A DNA stretch of 64,000 nucleotides, from contig CP186953.1 in the NCBI GenBank assembly GCA_049570475.1, forward strand, positions 288,001 to 352,000, read 5' to 3'. Numbering within the stretch: the first letter of the stretch is position 1; each line of letters begins with the position of its first letter. Origin of the DNA: Candidatus Methanosuratincola verstraetei (lineage in GTDB: Archaea > Thermoproteota > Methanomethylicia > Methanomethylicales > Methanomethylicaceae). Shown piece after piece: positions 48,187-58,711 of this stretch. The position numbers and the translations under genes were made by a program. The notes beneath the pieces were generated by a model, which had not been told where the DNA came from, searched no databases, and saw only the letters and a list, made by a program, of their open reading frames with translations.

Positions 48187-49194
48187 TTGAGAGCCAGCGC
48201 AGGACAGATCCTGAGCCTATTGGGTTTAGCGCTGCTACTTCTCGCAGCTAATGAAGCCATTCATGCGGCGCTATCGCTCGAGGGGGCTTTGATCTCAGAG
48301 TGCGGGCCTGAGGTGCAGATGGCGCATGTGCAATACAACGCGATAATGCTGCAGGTATCAGGGGCTGCAGTCCTGGGCATCCTCATGAACTACCAAAGCG
48401 ATTATGTGAAGAAGGTCGCAGCAAAGTTCAACTCAGGCGACCTCAAGAGGCTCTTCCTGGGAATGGTTGTTGCAGGGGGGTCGGTGTACAACCGCTGCGG
48501 CAAGTACTGCATCAGGTTCTATGGGAAGGACTACACAATGCATCAAGTCTTCGCCGGGCTCTCTTATGAGCTCTACCGTTCGTCTCCGAGCACTATACAA
48601 ATCACGGGCAGGGGAAGCTACATGACCCAACTCTACTGCAAGGATGCAGTGATTGACATAAAAGAGTTATCCCCCGATACAAATGCACGGAAGGGGGGGA
48701 CACCCACAATAGAGTACATCTTGGAGGGGAACAGGAGCATCAGGCAGGAATCCATGAGAGTAATCATGTCAGTAGCAGGATGGGTCGCACCTTCACTTAA
48801 AAGGACTGCCTACGGGTATTCTGTTTCGACCAGAATAGGGCTCGGTTCCTCGAGCCCATTGCCGCTCAACGAGGAGTACAAAATCCTCGCAGAGTCGCTA
48901 TTATTGAAGTTCAACAGCTATTCCGACTCGAGGTACCCAGAGACAGGGTATCTGATGAGTTATGATCCAGACACCTGCAGCGGGTTCCTGAGCATGGGCG
49001 GCTTCGTAGACGGCAGCCTGGTAAAGAAGGGAAGGTACGCAGGCATGGAGAAGAATTCAGTCCTGAGAGCATCCCTTGCAATCGGAGGGAAGCACTTTGA
49101 GACGCCCGCCTCTGCTGAGAAGGTCATGGAGGCTGCTGTCTGCAACAGCAACTTCGATCTGAGCGCTCTCCTGGGGCGGATAATGCTCGGCTAG
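48187..49194 (+). CDS. Hypothetical protein with degenerate LAGLIDADG-like motifs
   Basis: LFLGMVVAGGSV and MRVIMSVAGWV helices ~105 aa apart; N-terminal hydrophobic segments. Confidence 0.45.
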   Translation: MRASAGQILSLLGLALLLLAANEAIHAALSLEGALISECGPEVQMAHVQYNAIMLQVSGAAVLGILMNYQSDYVKKVAAKFNSGDLKRLFLGMVVAGGSVYNRCGKYCIRFYGKDYTMHQVFAGLSYELYRSSPSTIQITGRGSYMTQLYCKDAVIDIKELSPDTNARKGGTPTIEYILEGNRSIRQESMRVIMSVAGWVAPSLKRTAYGYSVSTRIGLGSSSPLPLNEEYKILAESLLLKFNSYSDSRYPETGYLMSYDPDTCSGFLSMGGFVDGSLVKKGRYAGMEKNSVLRASLAIGGKHFETPASAEKVMEAAVCNSNFDLSALLGRIMLG

Positions 49195-49380
49195 CAACAA
49201 CATCCCTGGCTTTTCAGCAGCCATATGGCATTTTTTGGTATGAGTTATGCGCGAGAGATTGCGCATTCGAAAAAATGGTACAGATGCAATAGGAGTGCCG
49301 GAGAGTGCGCGGAGTGCCTGCCTTGGAGGATAAGGGCCCCTGATGAAATAGTTAAAAAGATCATTTACAGACACCTACAT

Positions 49381-49866
49381 ATGGCAGAGAGGATACTTTG
49401 GGCCCCCTGGCGCGGCGAGTTCGTGTCCGGGGCAAAGAAAGAGGGATGCATATTCTGCTTAAAGCCGTCCGAGGGAGACGCGGAAGCTCTGATTTTTGAG
49501 CGGAGGGAGAAAGTATTCGGAATGCTGAACAGGTTCCCCTACAACAGCGGCCACATAATGATCGCTCCCTACAGGCACGTCACGAGCATCGAGGATCTTC
49601 GGAAGGAAGAGACAGAGGATCTCTTCGGATTGCTGAAGGACTCGATTGCCGTGCTCAAGATGGAAATGCATCCAGAAGGGTTCAACATAGGGTTCAACAT
49701 AGGAAAAGCGGCGGGTGCGGGGTTTGAGCACGTGCACATGCACATTGTGCCCAGGTGGACAGGCGACACCAACTTCATGCCAGTCCTTGCCTCCACCAAA
49801 GTAATGCCAGAGCACCTCTCCCAGACCCTGGAGAGGATTAAGGCAGGGTTCAGAAGATTAGGCTGA
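49381..49866 (+). CDS. HIT-family nucleotide hydrolase
   Basis: LWAPWR, CIFC, NRFPYNSGH, HVHMHIVPRW. Confidence 0.92.
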   Translation: MAERILWAPWRGEFVSGAKKEGCIFCLKPSEGDAEALIFERREKVFGMLNRFPYNSGHIMIAPYRHVTSIEDLRKEETEDLFGLLKDSIAVLKMEMHPEGFNIGFNIGKAAGAGFEHVHMHIVPRWTGDTNFMPVLASTKVMPEHLSQTLERIKAGFRRLG

Positions 49867-51814
49867 GCAGGATCCTTGCAGCCAGGGCGACTATTGTGGC
49901 GACGGCTAGGTTCAAAGCCGCTATGAAAAAAGTCCACTTCACCTTGTACTCCCTAATCAGAGCAGCGATAGTCGCTACGCACGGCATGTACAGCACCATG
50001 AATATGGTGAATACCACCATCTGGGCCGGGGACATGATTGAGGAGAAATCCAGCGTATTAGCATAAGTTGCCAGCATAACTAAAGCCATTTCTTTCCTGA
50101 GCATCCCAAAGATAATCGAGATGCCAACGGCCACTGGCATGCCAAGAATGCCATAAGTGAAGGGGGACAATGCCAGCACAACCTGATCCAGGAAGCCTGT
50201 GATCCGCAGAGCCTCTATGAGGAAGGACCCGGCTACGATCAGGGGTAAACCAATGTAGACGAAGTCCTTTGTATTGAGCCAAGTCTTTTTGAGAACCAGC
50301 CGCGGCTTGAAGAGTCGGATCCGCGGCATCTCCATTATGAGGCCCACTGACTCCCCGGGCATAGCCCTGAAGAGCAGGCGCCCGATGCCAACAACCACCA
50401 GGATGTCGAGAAGGTATATCCCCATCGCGGCCGCGAACCCAAGGTACTTCGCTGTCACCCCCAATATTATGACCGACCTGGCAGAGCAGGGGATCATGAC
50501 TACCAGAGCCGCCAGTATCATCCGCTCTTTCCAAGTCTCCATTATCTTGCAAGAGATGCACGCAGGGACGCTGCATCCGTAACCTAGCAGCATCGGTATG
50601 AAAGCCTTCCCGTGGAGTCCCAACTTGTGCATAATGGAGTCCAGGAGGAAGGCTGCCCTCGGCAGGTAGCCGGTGTCCTCGAGAATCGACAATGCAAGGT
50701 AGAACAGGAAGATGTAAGAGACCACTATCGACAATGCTGCAGCAACCCCGAAGAGTATGCCATTAACCAGCAGGTCCATGACAGCCGGGGCGATCCCCTG
50801 GCTTAGCAATGCGCGCCCTATTTGATCAATAAGAAGATTAAAGCCTCCATCAAAGATTTCAGATATCTTCCCGCCAACCGCGAAAATCGAGAAGAACATC
50901 CCGCCCAAAACAAGCAACAGTATAAGGTACCCAAAGTAGCGGTGTGTCAGCAGGGCTTCTACCTTTTCTGATCGGGTAGTTATCGGAGAGGCATGCATCA
51001 CCGAGGAAGACCTGACGATCCGGTGTATCGCGGAGTACCTCTCGGATGCGATCACAACGCTTGGTTCCTCGCCATGAACCATCTCCAGTTGGTTCTTTAT
51101 TGTCCTGATTTTGTTATCCAGATGCGAGAGCTTCGGGAAGCGTTCCAATATTATCGGATCTCCTTCCAAGAGCTTGATCGCGATCCACTCTGCGCTGAGG
51201 TTTACGGGTATTCCGAAGTCAGTGGTCCTGATCGCCCGAGAGATCTCCGAGATGTGCATTTCCACCTCCTTCCCGTACCTGGGCCTCTTGGGAGGGGCAG
51301 TTTTGGCATGGCTTATCGCAGCAGCCATGAGTTCCGAAATCCCAGACCCAGACATTGCATTGATTGCGATCACGGGGATGCCCAGCTCCATCGAGAGTGA
51401 ATTGACATCTATCTCTATGCCCTTCCTCTTCGCATCCTCGACGAAGTTGAGCGCAAGAACAAGCCTCACTCCCATCTCCATCAGCTGAAGCGTCAGGTAG
51501 AGGTTGCGCTCGAGAGCCATCGCGTCAATTATGTTCACGATCAAGTCAGGGCTCCCAGAGAGGATGTAGTCCCTTGCAACAACCTCCTCGTCGGAGAAAG
51601 CTGAGAGCGAGTAGATCCCGGGCAGGTCAACCACCATTATCCTGAAGCCCTTGAAAACCAGGGTGCCCCTAGCGATCTCAACGGTTTTTCCAGGATAGTT
51701 CCCTACGGATTGGTTAAGACCGGTCAGCTGATTGAATAGCGTACTTTTGCCCACGCTGGGGTTCCCTACGAGGGCGATCTCGATCTTTTGTTCACCATTA
51801 TTCTCCGTGCCCAC
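49850..51814 (-). CDS. feoB: Ferrous iron transporter FeoB
   Basis: GNPSVGKS, NYPGKTVE, DLPG, LEDTGYLPR, GYGCSVPA, PCVAT. Confidence 0.95.
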   Translation of the reverse strand: MGTENNGEQKIEIALVGNPSVGKSTLFNQLTGLNQSVGNYPGKTVEIARGTLVFKGFRIMVVDLPGIYSLSAFSDEEVVARDYILSGSPDLIVNIIDAMALERNLYLTLQLMEMGVRLVLALNFVEDAKRKGIEIDVNSLSMELGIPVIAINAMSGSGISELMAAAISHAKTAPPKRPRYGKEVEMHISEISRAIRTTDFGIPVNLSAEWIAIKLLEGDPIILERFPKLSHLDNKIRTIKNQLEMVHGEEPSVVIASERYSAIHRIVRSSSVMHASPITTRSEKVEALLTHRYFGYLILLLVLGGMFFSIFAVGGKISEIFDGGFNLLIDQIGRALLSQGIAPAVMDLLVNGILFGVAAALSIVVSYIFLFYLALSILEDTGYLPRAAFLLDSIMHKLGLHGKAFIPMLLGYGCSVPACISCKIMETWKERMILAALVVMIPCSARSVIILGVTAKYLGFAAAMGIYLLDILVVVGIGRLLFRAMPGESVGLIMEMPRIRLFKPRLVLKKTWLNTKDFVYIGLPLIVAGSFLIEALRITGFLDQVVLALSPFTYGILGMPVAVGISIIFGMLRKEMALVMLATYANTLDFSSIMSPAQMVVFTIFMVLYMPCVATIAALIREYKVKWTFFIAALNLAVATIVALAARILLSLIF

Positions 51815-51830
51815 ACTGAACCCCCCCCCA

Positions 51831-52316
51831 TCAGAGAGGCTTAACGAGAACCTTGGAGGCTATCCCTCTGCCAATCGCCAGCTCGCACGACCTTATCTCG
51901 AGAATAATCGGCCCTTCCATCAGCCCCTTCTTCAGCACCTTGACTTCTGTTTCAGGGATCAGACCGAGATCGCATAGGCGACTTATCAGTTTACGACCTC
52001 CAACCGCAAGCACTATCTTCCCCTTCTGCCCCTCCTCGAGGGCTGACAGGGGGAGGAGCTCCTCCAAGGAATACCTTCTTCTCTTAGACAGTCTGTAGTA
52101 TTCATTGATTATACCGAGATCATGTTCTTCGCCATCATCCGAGGATTCTTTGGCTTCAGGCCCTGAACTGGCTGCGCTGCATCTACTGCCACCATCTTTG
52201 TTCATGCTTAGCCCATTGGGCTTTCTGCCAAACAGGAACGACATTGCACCGCAGATGATGCTGAACATATTCATCCCTCCTGGTGGGCCATAGGTATGGG
52301 CTTCCCGTGCGGGCAA
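51831..52316 (-). CDS. feoA: FeoA with N-terminal extension
   Basis: RLCDLGLIPETEV..GPII...AIGRGIASKVLV; start uncertain. Confidence 0.82.
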   Translation of the reverse strand: MPAREAHTYGPPGGMNMFSIICGAMSFLFGRKPNGLSMNKDGGSRCSAASSGPEAKESSDDGEEHDLGIINEYYRLSKRRRYSLEELLPLSALEEGQKGKIVLAVGGRKLISRLCDLGLIPETEVKVLKKGLMEGPIILEIRSCELAIGRGIASKVLVKPL

Positions 52317-52699
52317 TATTTTGGTCTACCCAACTTTTCGTAAAGCCGCGCAAGGACCCTTTCGCTTATGTGGTGTTCGATCCCACATATTTCATCCGAT
52401 ACTTCCTCGGGCGCCATCCCCAGGTACTGGTAAAAGAAACACTCGAGTATCCTGTGCCTTGAGAGCACTGCCTTAGCCGTCGCGCGGCCAGTTTCAGTCA
52501 GTCGCACACCCTCGTAGTCAACCCTAATTACCAATCCCTTTTCAGATAGGCGCTGCATCATCTCGGTGACTGTCGAAGGGAAGACCCCAAGGGCACCCGA
52601 GATCTCTTTTATCTTCACCAGGCCCTTTGAGGATTCCTCTGAGTTGAGGTATATGAATTCAAGGTAGTCCTCTGGATTCTTGTGCTCGCGGTAGCTCAT
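52271..52699 (-). CDS. DtxR/MntR-family metal-dependent repressor
   Basis: EDYLEFIY, PSTVTEM, HRILE, IEHHIS, CPHGKPIP. Confidence 0.9.
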   Translation of the reverse strand: MSYREHKNPEDYLEFIYLNSEESSKGLVKIKEISGALGVFPSTVTEMMQRLSEKGLVIRVDYEGVRLTETGRATAKAVLSRHRILECFFYQYLGMAPEEVSDEICGIEHHISERVLARLYEKLGRPKYCPHGKPIPMAHQEG

Positions 52700-52710
52700 A
52701 TGAAAGCACA

Positions 52711-52760
52711 TTTTTCGGTATGCCTAAAAAATATATAAGATTTTCGTACATACGAAAATC
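52711..52760. promoter_or_regulatory. Two palindromic operators flanking a TATA box upstream of dtxR-feoAB
   Basis: TTTTTCGG-TATG-CCTAAAAA (52711-52730) and perfect GATTTTCGTA-CA-TACGAAAATC (52739-52760). Confidence 0.65.
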
Positions 52761-52767
52761 CTTCAGG

Positions 52768-53112
52768 CTACACCGAGTCCTTGTATTTTTTTGCGATCGA
52801 GCTCTCCTTGCCTCGAAAAGTCTCATAAGGCCCGTAAAGCGCCTTGATACCTCTCAGCGTCTCTCGGATTGCCTCTTCGCTCTCAGCCTCTATAGTAATC
52901 CGCATAATGTCGATTTGGTATGCCTTTAAGAGGATTCTTGACATGACCCCTGGGGCGCCAAGCTTATCTGGCATAGCAGACACCCTGGAGCCGGATCTGC
53001 TGGCAATCTCCTCGAGATCTTTTATTGTTATGCGCTGTCCTCTGAGGCGGAAGAGATCATTGACGAAGTAGTATATTGTTGTCGAAAACGACATACCATT
53101 CCAGCACCTCAC
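52768..53112 (-). CDS. Hypothetical protein
   Basis: ORF coupled to the upstream SBP gene; no recognised motif. Confidence 0.55.
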   Translation of the reverse strand: MRCWNGMSFSTTIYYFVNDLFRLRGQRITIKDLEEIASRSGSRVSAMPDKLGAPGVMSRILLKAYQIDIMRITIEAESEEAIRETLRGIKALYGPYETFRGKESSIAKKYKDSV

Positions 53113-54134
53113 CTAGAGTAGATCGATGGGAAATTAAAGCCCTCTTTTTTCAGTTCAAAGATCGCATTGTTGTAATAGCTGCTATCAAGCCTAGACATCA
53201 AAAGATTATAATCGTTGATGGACAGGATCGACGGGATTAACAGTTGGTAGAACGACTGTAGTTCGCTCTTGTTGAAGTATCCGCTGAGGGGGTTCCTTGC
53301 CTGGCCTATCTCAGGATCAATCTTGATTATGCTGTCATAGATTATCTCGTATGGCATTCCAGGCAGGTATTTTTTTATCATGGGCAATGCGTTGCCAGGC
53401 TCAGAGTATGTGTACGACTCGGCTTTTATTAGAGCCTTTATGAATTTGGTCACCGCATCTGGATTTTTGGAGACGAAGGAGGACTTGAAGACTTGGAGGC
53501 AGCACGGGTAATCCAGCGGGTAGACCTGCTTATCCCACTGAACAAGCTTCAGACCTCGGTACGATGCCAAAGAGGAGTAAGGTTCCCAAAGGAAAGCGGC
53601 TTCAACCTGGCCATTCTCAAGCGCAAACAATGCATCCGCTGGCGACAGGTAAGTGGATAGGTTCGCGCTGATGCCTTTATCTGCCATTACCTTCTTGAAT
53701 ATGAAATCTCCTGGCACATACAGAACGGTCCCTACTCTCCTGCCGTTAAGGTCGCTGATTGAGTTTATTCCAGAGGAATTCTTAGCCACCAGTGCAGTCC
53801 CGTCTAATGAATTTCCCGCAACAACAATCGAGTCAATGTTCTTTATGAAGGCGGCTATTGCTACGGATGTAACTGGCGCGCCGTCGATCTCGTTTCTTGA
53901 GAACGCGGCCACCAGGTCGGATACGCTACCATATTCAACCAGTGTGACATTTAGCCCCTCATCCTCAAAGAAGCCGCCCTCATAAGCCACCCACACAATG
54001 CCGTAGCTTGCCGCGGGCAGATATCCAATTCGAACGCTTGTCGCAGGAGGCTTGTAAAGGAATATGAAGCCGACCGCAGCGACTACTACTATCACAATCA
54101 ATAGTATAGATACAAGGATCAGTCGCTTGTTCAT
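53109..54134 (-). CDS. ABC substrate-binding protein (SsuA/TauA/NMT1-like)
   Basis: N-terminal TM, VRIGYLP, GFFEDEGLNV, AAFLWEPY. Confidence 0.85.
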   Translation of the reverse strand: MNKRLILVSILLIVIVVVAAVGFIFLYKPPATSVRIGYLPAASYGIVWVAYEGGFFEDEGLNVTLVEYGSVSDLVAAFSRNEIDGAPVTSVAIAAFIKNIDSIVVAGNSLDGTALVAKNSSGINSISDLNGRRVGTVLYVPGDFIFKKVMADKGISANLSTYLSPADALFALENGQVEAAFLWEPYSSLASYRGLKLVQWDKQVYPLDYPCCLQVFKSSFVSKNPDAVTKFIKALIKAESYTYSEPGNALPMIKKYLPGMPYEIIYDSIIKIDPEIGQARNPLSGYFNKSELQSFYQLLIPSILSINDYNLLMSRLDSSYYNNAIFELKKEGFNFPSIYSR

Positions 54135-54373
54135 GAACTAAATTTAGACCCGGTCCGATTAATCTCTTTTGATTTTCGGCAGGAATCGGCACGGGCAGAT
54201 TTCAGGCGTGCAAGGACCGACGGCACATCCCTCGACTCCACATGCTCCAGGATCCTCACGCATCCCGAGGCTAGGTTTCTTGAGCCGCAGTAGGCGCACG
54301 TGAAGGTCTTCGATCCGTTCCGGCAGGCCCCTGGCTGGCCGCATTTCCTGCACAGGAGAACAGAATATAGCAT
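54131..54373 (-). CDS. Small zinc-ribbon protein
   Basis: CRKCG...CAYCG. Confidence 0.6.
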   Translation of the reverse strand: MLYSVLLCRKCGQPGACRNGSKTFTCAYCGSRNLASGCVRILEHVESRDVPSVLARLKSARADSCRKSKEINRTGSKFSS

Positions 54374-54480
54374 CCACTTCTCGCCGCCGCTGTCTATGAC
54401 ACGCTATTAAGGATATCCGATTATTTTATAAATATGGCGATACCAGATAAAATCAACCGGAATTCAGGTGAAGCACAAAC

Positions 54481-54789
54481 TTGAGCGAAATATGTTCTAA
54501 GTGCGGACTTCCAAAAGATCTGTGTGTTTGTGAAGCGATAGTAAAAGAGCAACAGAGGATTAGGGTGTTCTTGGAAAAGAGGAAGTGGGGGAGAGACGTC
54601 ACCATAATCGAGGGCATCGACGAGAAGAGCATAAACTTGAAGGAGCTCTCAGGGAGGCTCAAGAGCAAGCTGGCATGCGGCGGGACGGACAAGGACGGAA
54701 GGATAGAGCTGCAGGGCGATCACCGCGAGAGGGCTGCAGAGATCCTTGTTGAGAGCGGATTCCCAAGCGACAACATTGACGTCGAATAG
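54481..54789 (+). CDS. Translation initiation factor aIF1 (SUI1)
   Basis: CSKCGLPKDLCVCE, LKSKLACGGT, IELQGDHR. Confidence 0.93.
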   Translation: MSEICSKCGLPKDLCVCEAIVKEQQRIRVFLEKRKWGRDVTIIEGIDEKSINLKELSGRLKSKLACGGTDKDGRIELQGDHRERAAEILVESGFPSDNIDVE

Positions 54790-54791
54790 CC

Positions 54792-55031
54792 TTGAAGGAA
54801 CGGACGGAAATGGGAGAGATAAAGGACGTGCTATCCTCTCTCCGGAGGGGGAGGGGAGTCAGGGTCTGCCCTGAGTGCGGCAGCACGGACATCTCCCCGA
54901 TAACCATGACTGGCTACATCTCCCAGCCTACCTACGTTTGCAACAACTGCGGCTTCCAGAGCACCATATTCCCTGAAGTGGACATGGCAGAACTTAAGGG
55001 GAAAAAAGAAGGCAGAAGAGAGGCCGATTAA
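54792..55031 (+). CDS. Small zinc-ribbon protein
   Basis: CPECGS...YVCNNCGF. Confidence 0.65.
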   Translation: MKERTEMGEIKDVLSSLRRGRGVRVCPECGSTDISPITMTGYISQPTYVCNNCGFQSTIFPEVDMAELKGKKEGRREAD

Positions 55032-55033
55032 GG

Positions 55034-56053
55034 CTACTGAAGGGGCACTTCTATATTCAGCTCTTTCATCAGTTCCTTGTACCTGTTCCTGACTGTTACT
55101 TCGGTAACCTGGGCAGCCTGGGCGATCTCCTTCTGCGTCCGCCGCTCGTTCTCAAGGAGTGAGGCGACGTATATTGCTGCAGCCGCAAGTCCTGCGGGGT
55201 CCTTCCCTGCAGTGATCCCCATCTTCTTAGCGTCTCTGATTATCTCGGCTGCCTTGTGCTGTGTTGTGCCGCTCAGCTCCAGAGCTCCGCCTATACGAGT
55301 TATGAAGTCGATTGGGTCGGCTATCGGGATGTTCACATCGACCTCCCTCAGCAAGAGCCTGTAGCACCTGGCCACGTCCTTCCTTCCGGCCTTTGTGTAC
55401 CTCGCGATCTCATCCAGCGTGCGCGGCACCTTCTGCGTCCTGCATGCGGCGTAGATCGCGGCAGCCATGACTGACTCAATTGACCTGCCCCGGACGAGGC
55501 CCTTCTCGACTGCCCGCCTGTAAATCACCGCAGACTCCTCCTTTACGCTCTTGGGCAGACCTATCTGCGAGCTTATCCGATCCAGCTCGCTCATCGCCTG
55601 TGCGAGGTTCCTGTCCATAGAGCTGTGGACGCGTGTTCTTATCTGCCATTTGCGCCACCTCAGGATCTCTATCCTCTTCTTTGGTTCGAGCTTCCTGCCC
55701 ATGGCGTCCTTATCGCGCCAGTCGATAATTGTGGAAAGCCCCCGGTCGTGGACTGTTGGGGACAGGGGCGAACCCACCCTGCTCCTCTTGTCCCGCTCCT
55801 CTGAGGTGAACGCCCGCCACTCAGGACCGCGATCGATTATCTTTTCGGTAACGACCAGGCCGCAGTTCGTGCAGGTCACTTCTCCGCGCTCAAAGCTTCT
55901 TACGAAACTCGTACCCCCGCAACTAGGGCACTTTAGAGAAGCGGAATCGTTTTCAGGTTCCTGCTCTGCATTGCTCACTTTGGAAGAAGGCTTGTCGTTC
56001 TTGGTCTCGAGTTTTGAAGACAACAATTTCACCCTTGACGGTAATTCCAACAT
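55034..56053 (-). CDS. tfb: Transcription initiation factor IIB
   Basis: [41 protein letters not shown]; start uncertain. Confidence 0.96.
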   Translation of the reverse strand: MLELPSRVKLLSSKLETKNDKPSSKVSNAEQEPENDSASLKCPSCGGTSFVRSFERGEVTCTNCGLVVTEKIIDRGPEWRAFTSEERDKRSRVGSPLSPTVHDRGLSTIIDWRDKDAMGRKLEPKKRIEILRWRKWQIRTRVHSSMDRNLAQAMSELDRISSQIGLPKSVKEESAVIYRRAVEKGLVRGRSIESVMAAAIYAACRTQKVPRTLDEIARYTKAGRKDVARCYRLLLREVDVNIPIADPIDFITRIGGALELSGTTQHKAAEIIRDAKKMGITAGKDPAGLAAAAIYVASLLENERRTQKEIAQAAQVTEVTVRNRYKELMKELNIEVPLQ

Positions 56054-56245
56054 GGAGGGGTAAAAACTAACCTTTTCGCTATATATAAACATTTCGATTT
56101 GTTTATAAAATAGAGAAAAACGACTCTTTTAAGAATTTTGCTCCAACCCAAGAAAAGCATTTCGCAGCCACGGTTAAAGAGCATGAGAAGGGGCGAAGTT
56201 AAAGCATCCGATAAGGATAAATTTAGCAAATATTTTTGAGTATTC

Positions 56246-56321
56246 AGCCCGGTGGTGTAGCGGCCAAGCATAGCGGGCTCTGGACCCGCCGACAGGAGTT
56301 CGAATCTCCTCCGGGCTACCA
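56246..56321 (+). tRNA. tRNA-Gln(CUG)
   Basis: AGCCCGG/CCGGGCT acceptor (A1-U72), anticodon arm GCGGG-CTCTGGA-CCCGC, GTTCGAATC T-loop, encoded CCA. Confidence 0.95.
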
Positions 56322-56583
56322 TTTGATAGTTATGCATTTTAGAAAAAGTCACTGTTAATGCAACATTATTTATCAATCAGAAAAAACTGCTTAAGCGAAT
56401 GCAGGAAGCGGAAATGGCTGATTGCGAGGTTTAGATTCAAAAACCGCATCGCAGCAGAATGTCAGATTCTCAGGCGTGAAATGGTCAAATTCAGGAATTG
56501 AGATCGAATGGAACTACCAAAAATTTGATCATGACCGGATCGTCAACTTGCTGGAAAAATCGACCACTAAAAAGACATGCCTC

Positions 56584-57222
56584 TCATATCAATCCCCAGG
56601 ATACGAGCCAATCCGTCAGACCCGAGTACAGGAGCTGGGCGGCGAAGGCTGCGATTATGATTGTCATGAACCTGCCCAGTGCCCTTATTCCATTCTTACC
56701 AGTTAGCCTGACCAGATGCTCGGAGTAACGAAGTATGGCGTACGTCAATAAGACAACGACAATGATGCTTACAACGAGGACTGCCAAGGGGGCGCTTGCG
56801 GACAGCAGGATTACAGTCGTCATCGTGCCAGGGCCAACCAAAAGCGGGGTCGCTATCGGGACTATCGCGACCTCTTCCCTCGAGTCTATGCTCTTCGTCC
56901 TTGGCAGCCCGCCAAGCATCTCGACAGCGATCACCATCAGAAGGATCCCGCCGCCCACTCGCAGGCTGGCAATATTGATGTTGAAGAAACTCAGTATGTA
57001 GTTCCCAGCGATTGCCATAATAAAGCAAATAATGAAGACAGCCAAGGAAGACCTTGCAACTATCCGGTGCCTTGCAGCCACGCCGAGATCCTCGGTGAGG
57101 GAGAGGAAGACAGGCAGTACGCTGACTGGGTTGAGAATTGCGAATATCTGTGCTGAAACTAGCGCCACCTGGTAGGGCCAATACGAAAGATCCGAGAGGC
57201 TAAAGAATGACACATCGATCAT
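56584..57222 (-). CDS. MarC family membrane protein
   Basis: FAILNP, VGGGILL, IVPIATPLLVGPG. Confidence 0.9.
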   Translation of the reverse strand: MIDVSFFSLSDLSYWPYQVALVSAQIFAILNPVSVLPVFLSLTEDLGVAARHRIVARSSLAVFIICFIMAIAGNYILSFFNINIASLRVGGGILLMVIAVEMLGGLPRTKSIDSREEVAIVPIATPLLVGPGTMTTVILLSASAPLAVLVVSIIVVVLLTYAILRYSEHLVRLTGKNGIRALGRFMTIIIAAFAAQLLYSGLTDWLVSWGLI

Positions 57223-57274
57223 CGGAGGGCACAGAAATAGGTGAGTGAAAAGGGTTTAAAAAGGGTTTGCAAAC

Positions 57275-57625
57275 TCAGACCCTGAAAGCCTTGCGAACGT
57301 CCTTAGAGAGCAGGAGCAGGATAGTAATTAGGTCCAGAATGAGCTTCGGCAGGTCAACCAGCGCCGATTCTAGGGTCAAACCCACTATCAGCACCCCTGC
57401 TGATCCGAATATTAATCCGAACAGGGAGAAGCCCATTGAAAGGAACCATGCAGGGCGCTTGATCTTGTACAGACCGTAGGCTATGCCAAAGCTTATTGCT
57501 GCCATAGCGAGCGGCAGTGCAACGAATGGGTCAAATGCTTGGAACCTGACTAGGTACAGTATGTACGAGACTCCCGCAAATGCCTCAATTGCTGCTAAGA
57601 TTTTCACTTCTCCGGGCACAGACAC
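57275..57625 (-). CDS. Hypothetical 4-TM membrane protein
   Basis: Hydrophobic ORF ending DVRKAF. Confidence 0.65.
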   Translation of the reverse strand: MSVPGEVKILAAIEAFAGVSYILYLVRFQAFDPFVALPLAMAAISFGIAYGLYKIKRPAWFLSMGFSLFGLIFGSAGVLIVGLTLESALVDLPKLILDLITILLLLSKDVRKAFRV

Positions 57626-57693
57626 ATTATTTTTAGGCGGGGCACTCAGGATGCATTCCCTCCGTTTTTAATGAAAAGAAAGGAGCAGGTATA

Positions 57694-58635
57694 TTACGCT
57701 TGCTTATTCTGCTCGCTTGGTTCTGCCTCAGAGCTTGGCAGCTCACTCTTCTTCCTGGAAACCCGCCTCGGCTTCGGCTTGGGGATGCTCTCCTCGAGCA
57801 GCTTACGGAGCTTGGGATCGACCACCAAATATCTCCGCGGGTAAGCAATCTCGATCCCGTTAGCATCGAATTCCCTCTTTATCTCCAAGAGGAGATCCCT
57901 GGCCATCCCGAATGAGGACGGCTGGTCTTTTGCCCTGCTCAAAAGGCGGAGGGTAATCCCGGATTCGCCGAACTCCATCACCTGAGCCTTGGGGAGGTCG
58001 CCCACGGGGAGGCAATCGGGGTGCCGCTTTGCCACATCCACCATGATCTGCATCGCCTTGTTGAGATCGGATTCGTAGCTTATCGAGACCAGCACAGGGG
58101 TAAGCTTCGTTGGATCATCCCTGGTGTAATTGACAATCACTTCATTTTGGAGCAAAGAATTGGGGACCATCAACCTCCGGTTGTCCCAAGTCCTGAGCAC
58201 GGTGTGCATCAGCTTGATGTCCTCTACGAAGCAGAACTCGTTCTTGAACATGACGGCTTCATTGATCCTGATCGGCTGGAATATTGATATGGTTATCCCA
58301 GCGAATATGTTTGAGAGGGTTGACTGGGCCGCAAGACCGACCACGATCGAGGCGAAGCCCGCCGCAACGAAAATTGAAGCTATTGAAGCACCAAGCTCGG
58401 GGAAGGCAGCAAAGGTGGCAGAGGTCACCCCAATGAGGATTATTATGGCAAGCACCAATCGCCTTATGAACCTGTAGCTTGTCGTTAATCTCGGATTTTC
58501 TCTCATTATCTTTGAAATGCGGATCTTCAAAGTGCGATTTATAATGTACGCTATGATGAGGGTCGCTGAGAGACCAGTCGCAAAGATCAGCAGAGGTGCC
58601 CAGATGCCGTTGATGTCGAGAAACTCGAATGCCAT
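57694..58635 (-). CDS. mscS: Small-conductance mechanosensitive channel
   Basis: GLAAQSTLSNIFAG, VPNS, ISYESD, GIEIAYP. Confidence 0.9.
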   Translation of the reverse strand: MAFEFLDINGIWAPLLIFATGLSATLIIAYIINRTLKIRISKIMRENPRLTTSYRFIRRLVLAIIILIGVTSATFAAFPELGASIASIFVAAGFASIVVGLAAQSTLSNIFAGITISIFQPIRINEAVMFKNEFCFVEDIKLMHTVLRTWDNRRLMVPNSLLQNEVIVNYTRDDPTKLTPVLVSISYESDLNKAMQIMVDVAKRHPDCLPVGDLPKAQVMEFGESGITLRLLSRAKDQPSSFGMARDLLLEIKREFDANGIEIAYPRRYLVVDPKLRKLLEESIPKPKPRRVSRKKSELPSSEAEPSEQNKQA

Positions 58636-58711
58636 TGCAATTCAGTAATAAATTCTCATCTTATATAAAGAAATTGGAAATCGAAATTTAAAAAATAAAA
58701 AAGGTTGTAGT

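Noticed and set aside
56322-56583. Integrated element at tRNA-Gln
   Set aside because: AT-rich stretch, but no integrase and no duplicated tRNA 3' end seen; ORFs 56422-56706 and 56498-56728 overlap marC and lack motifs.
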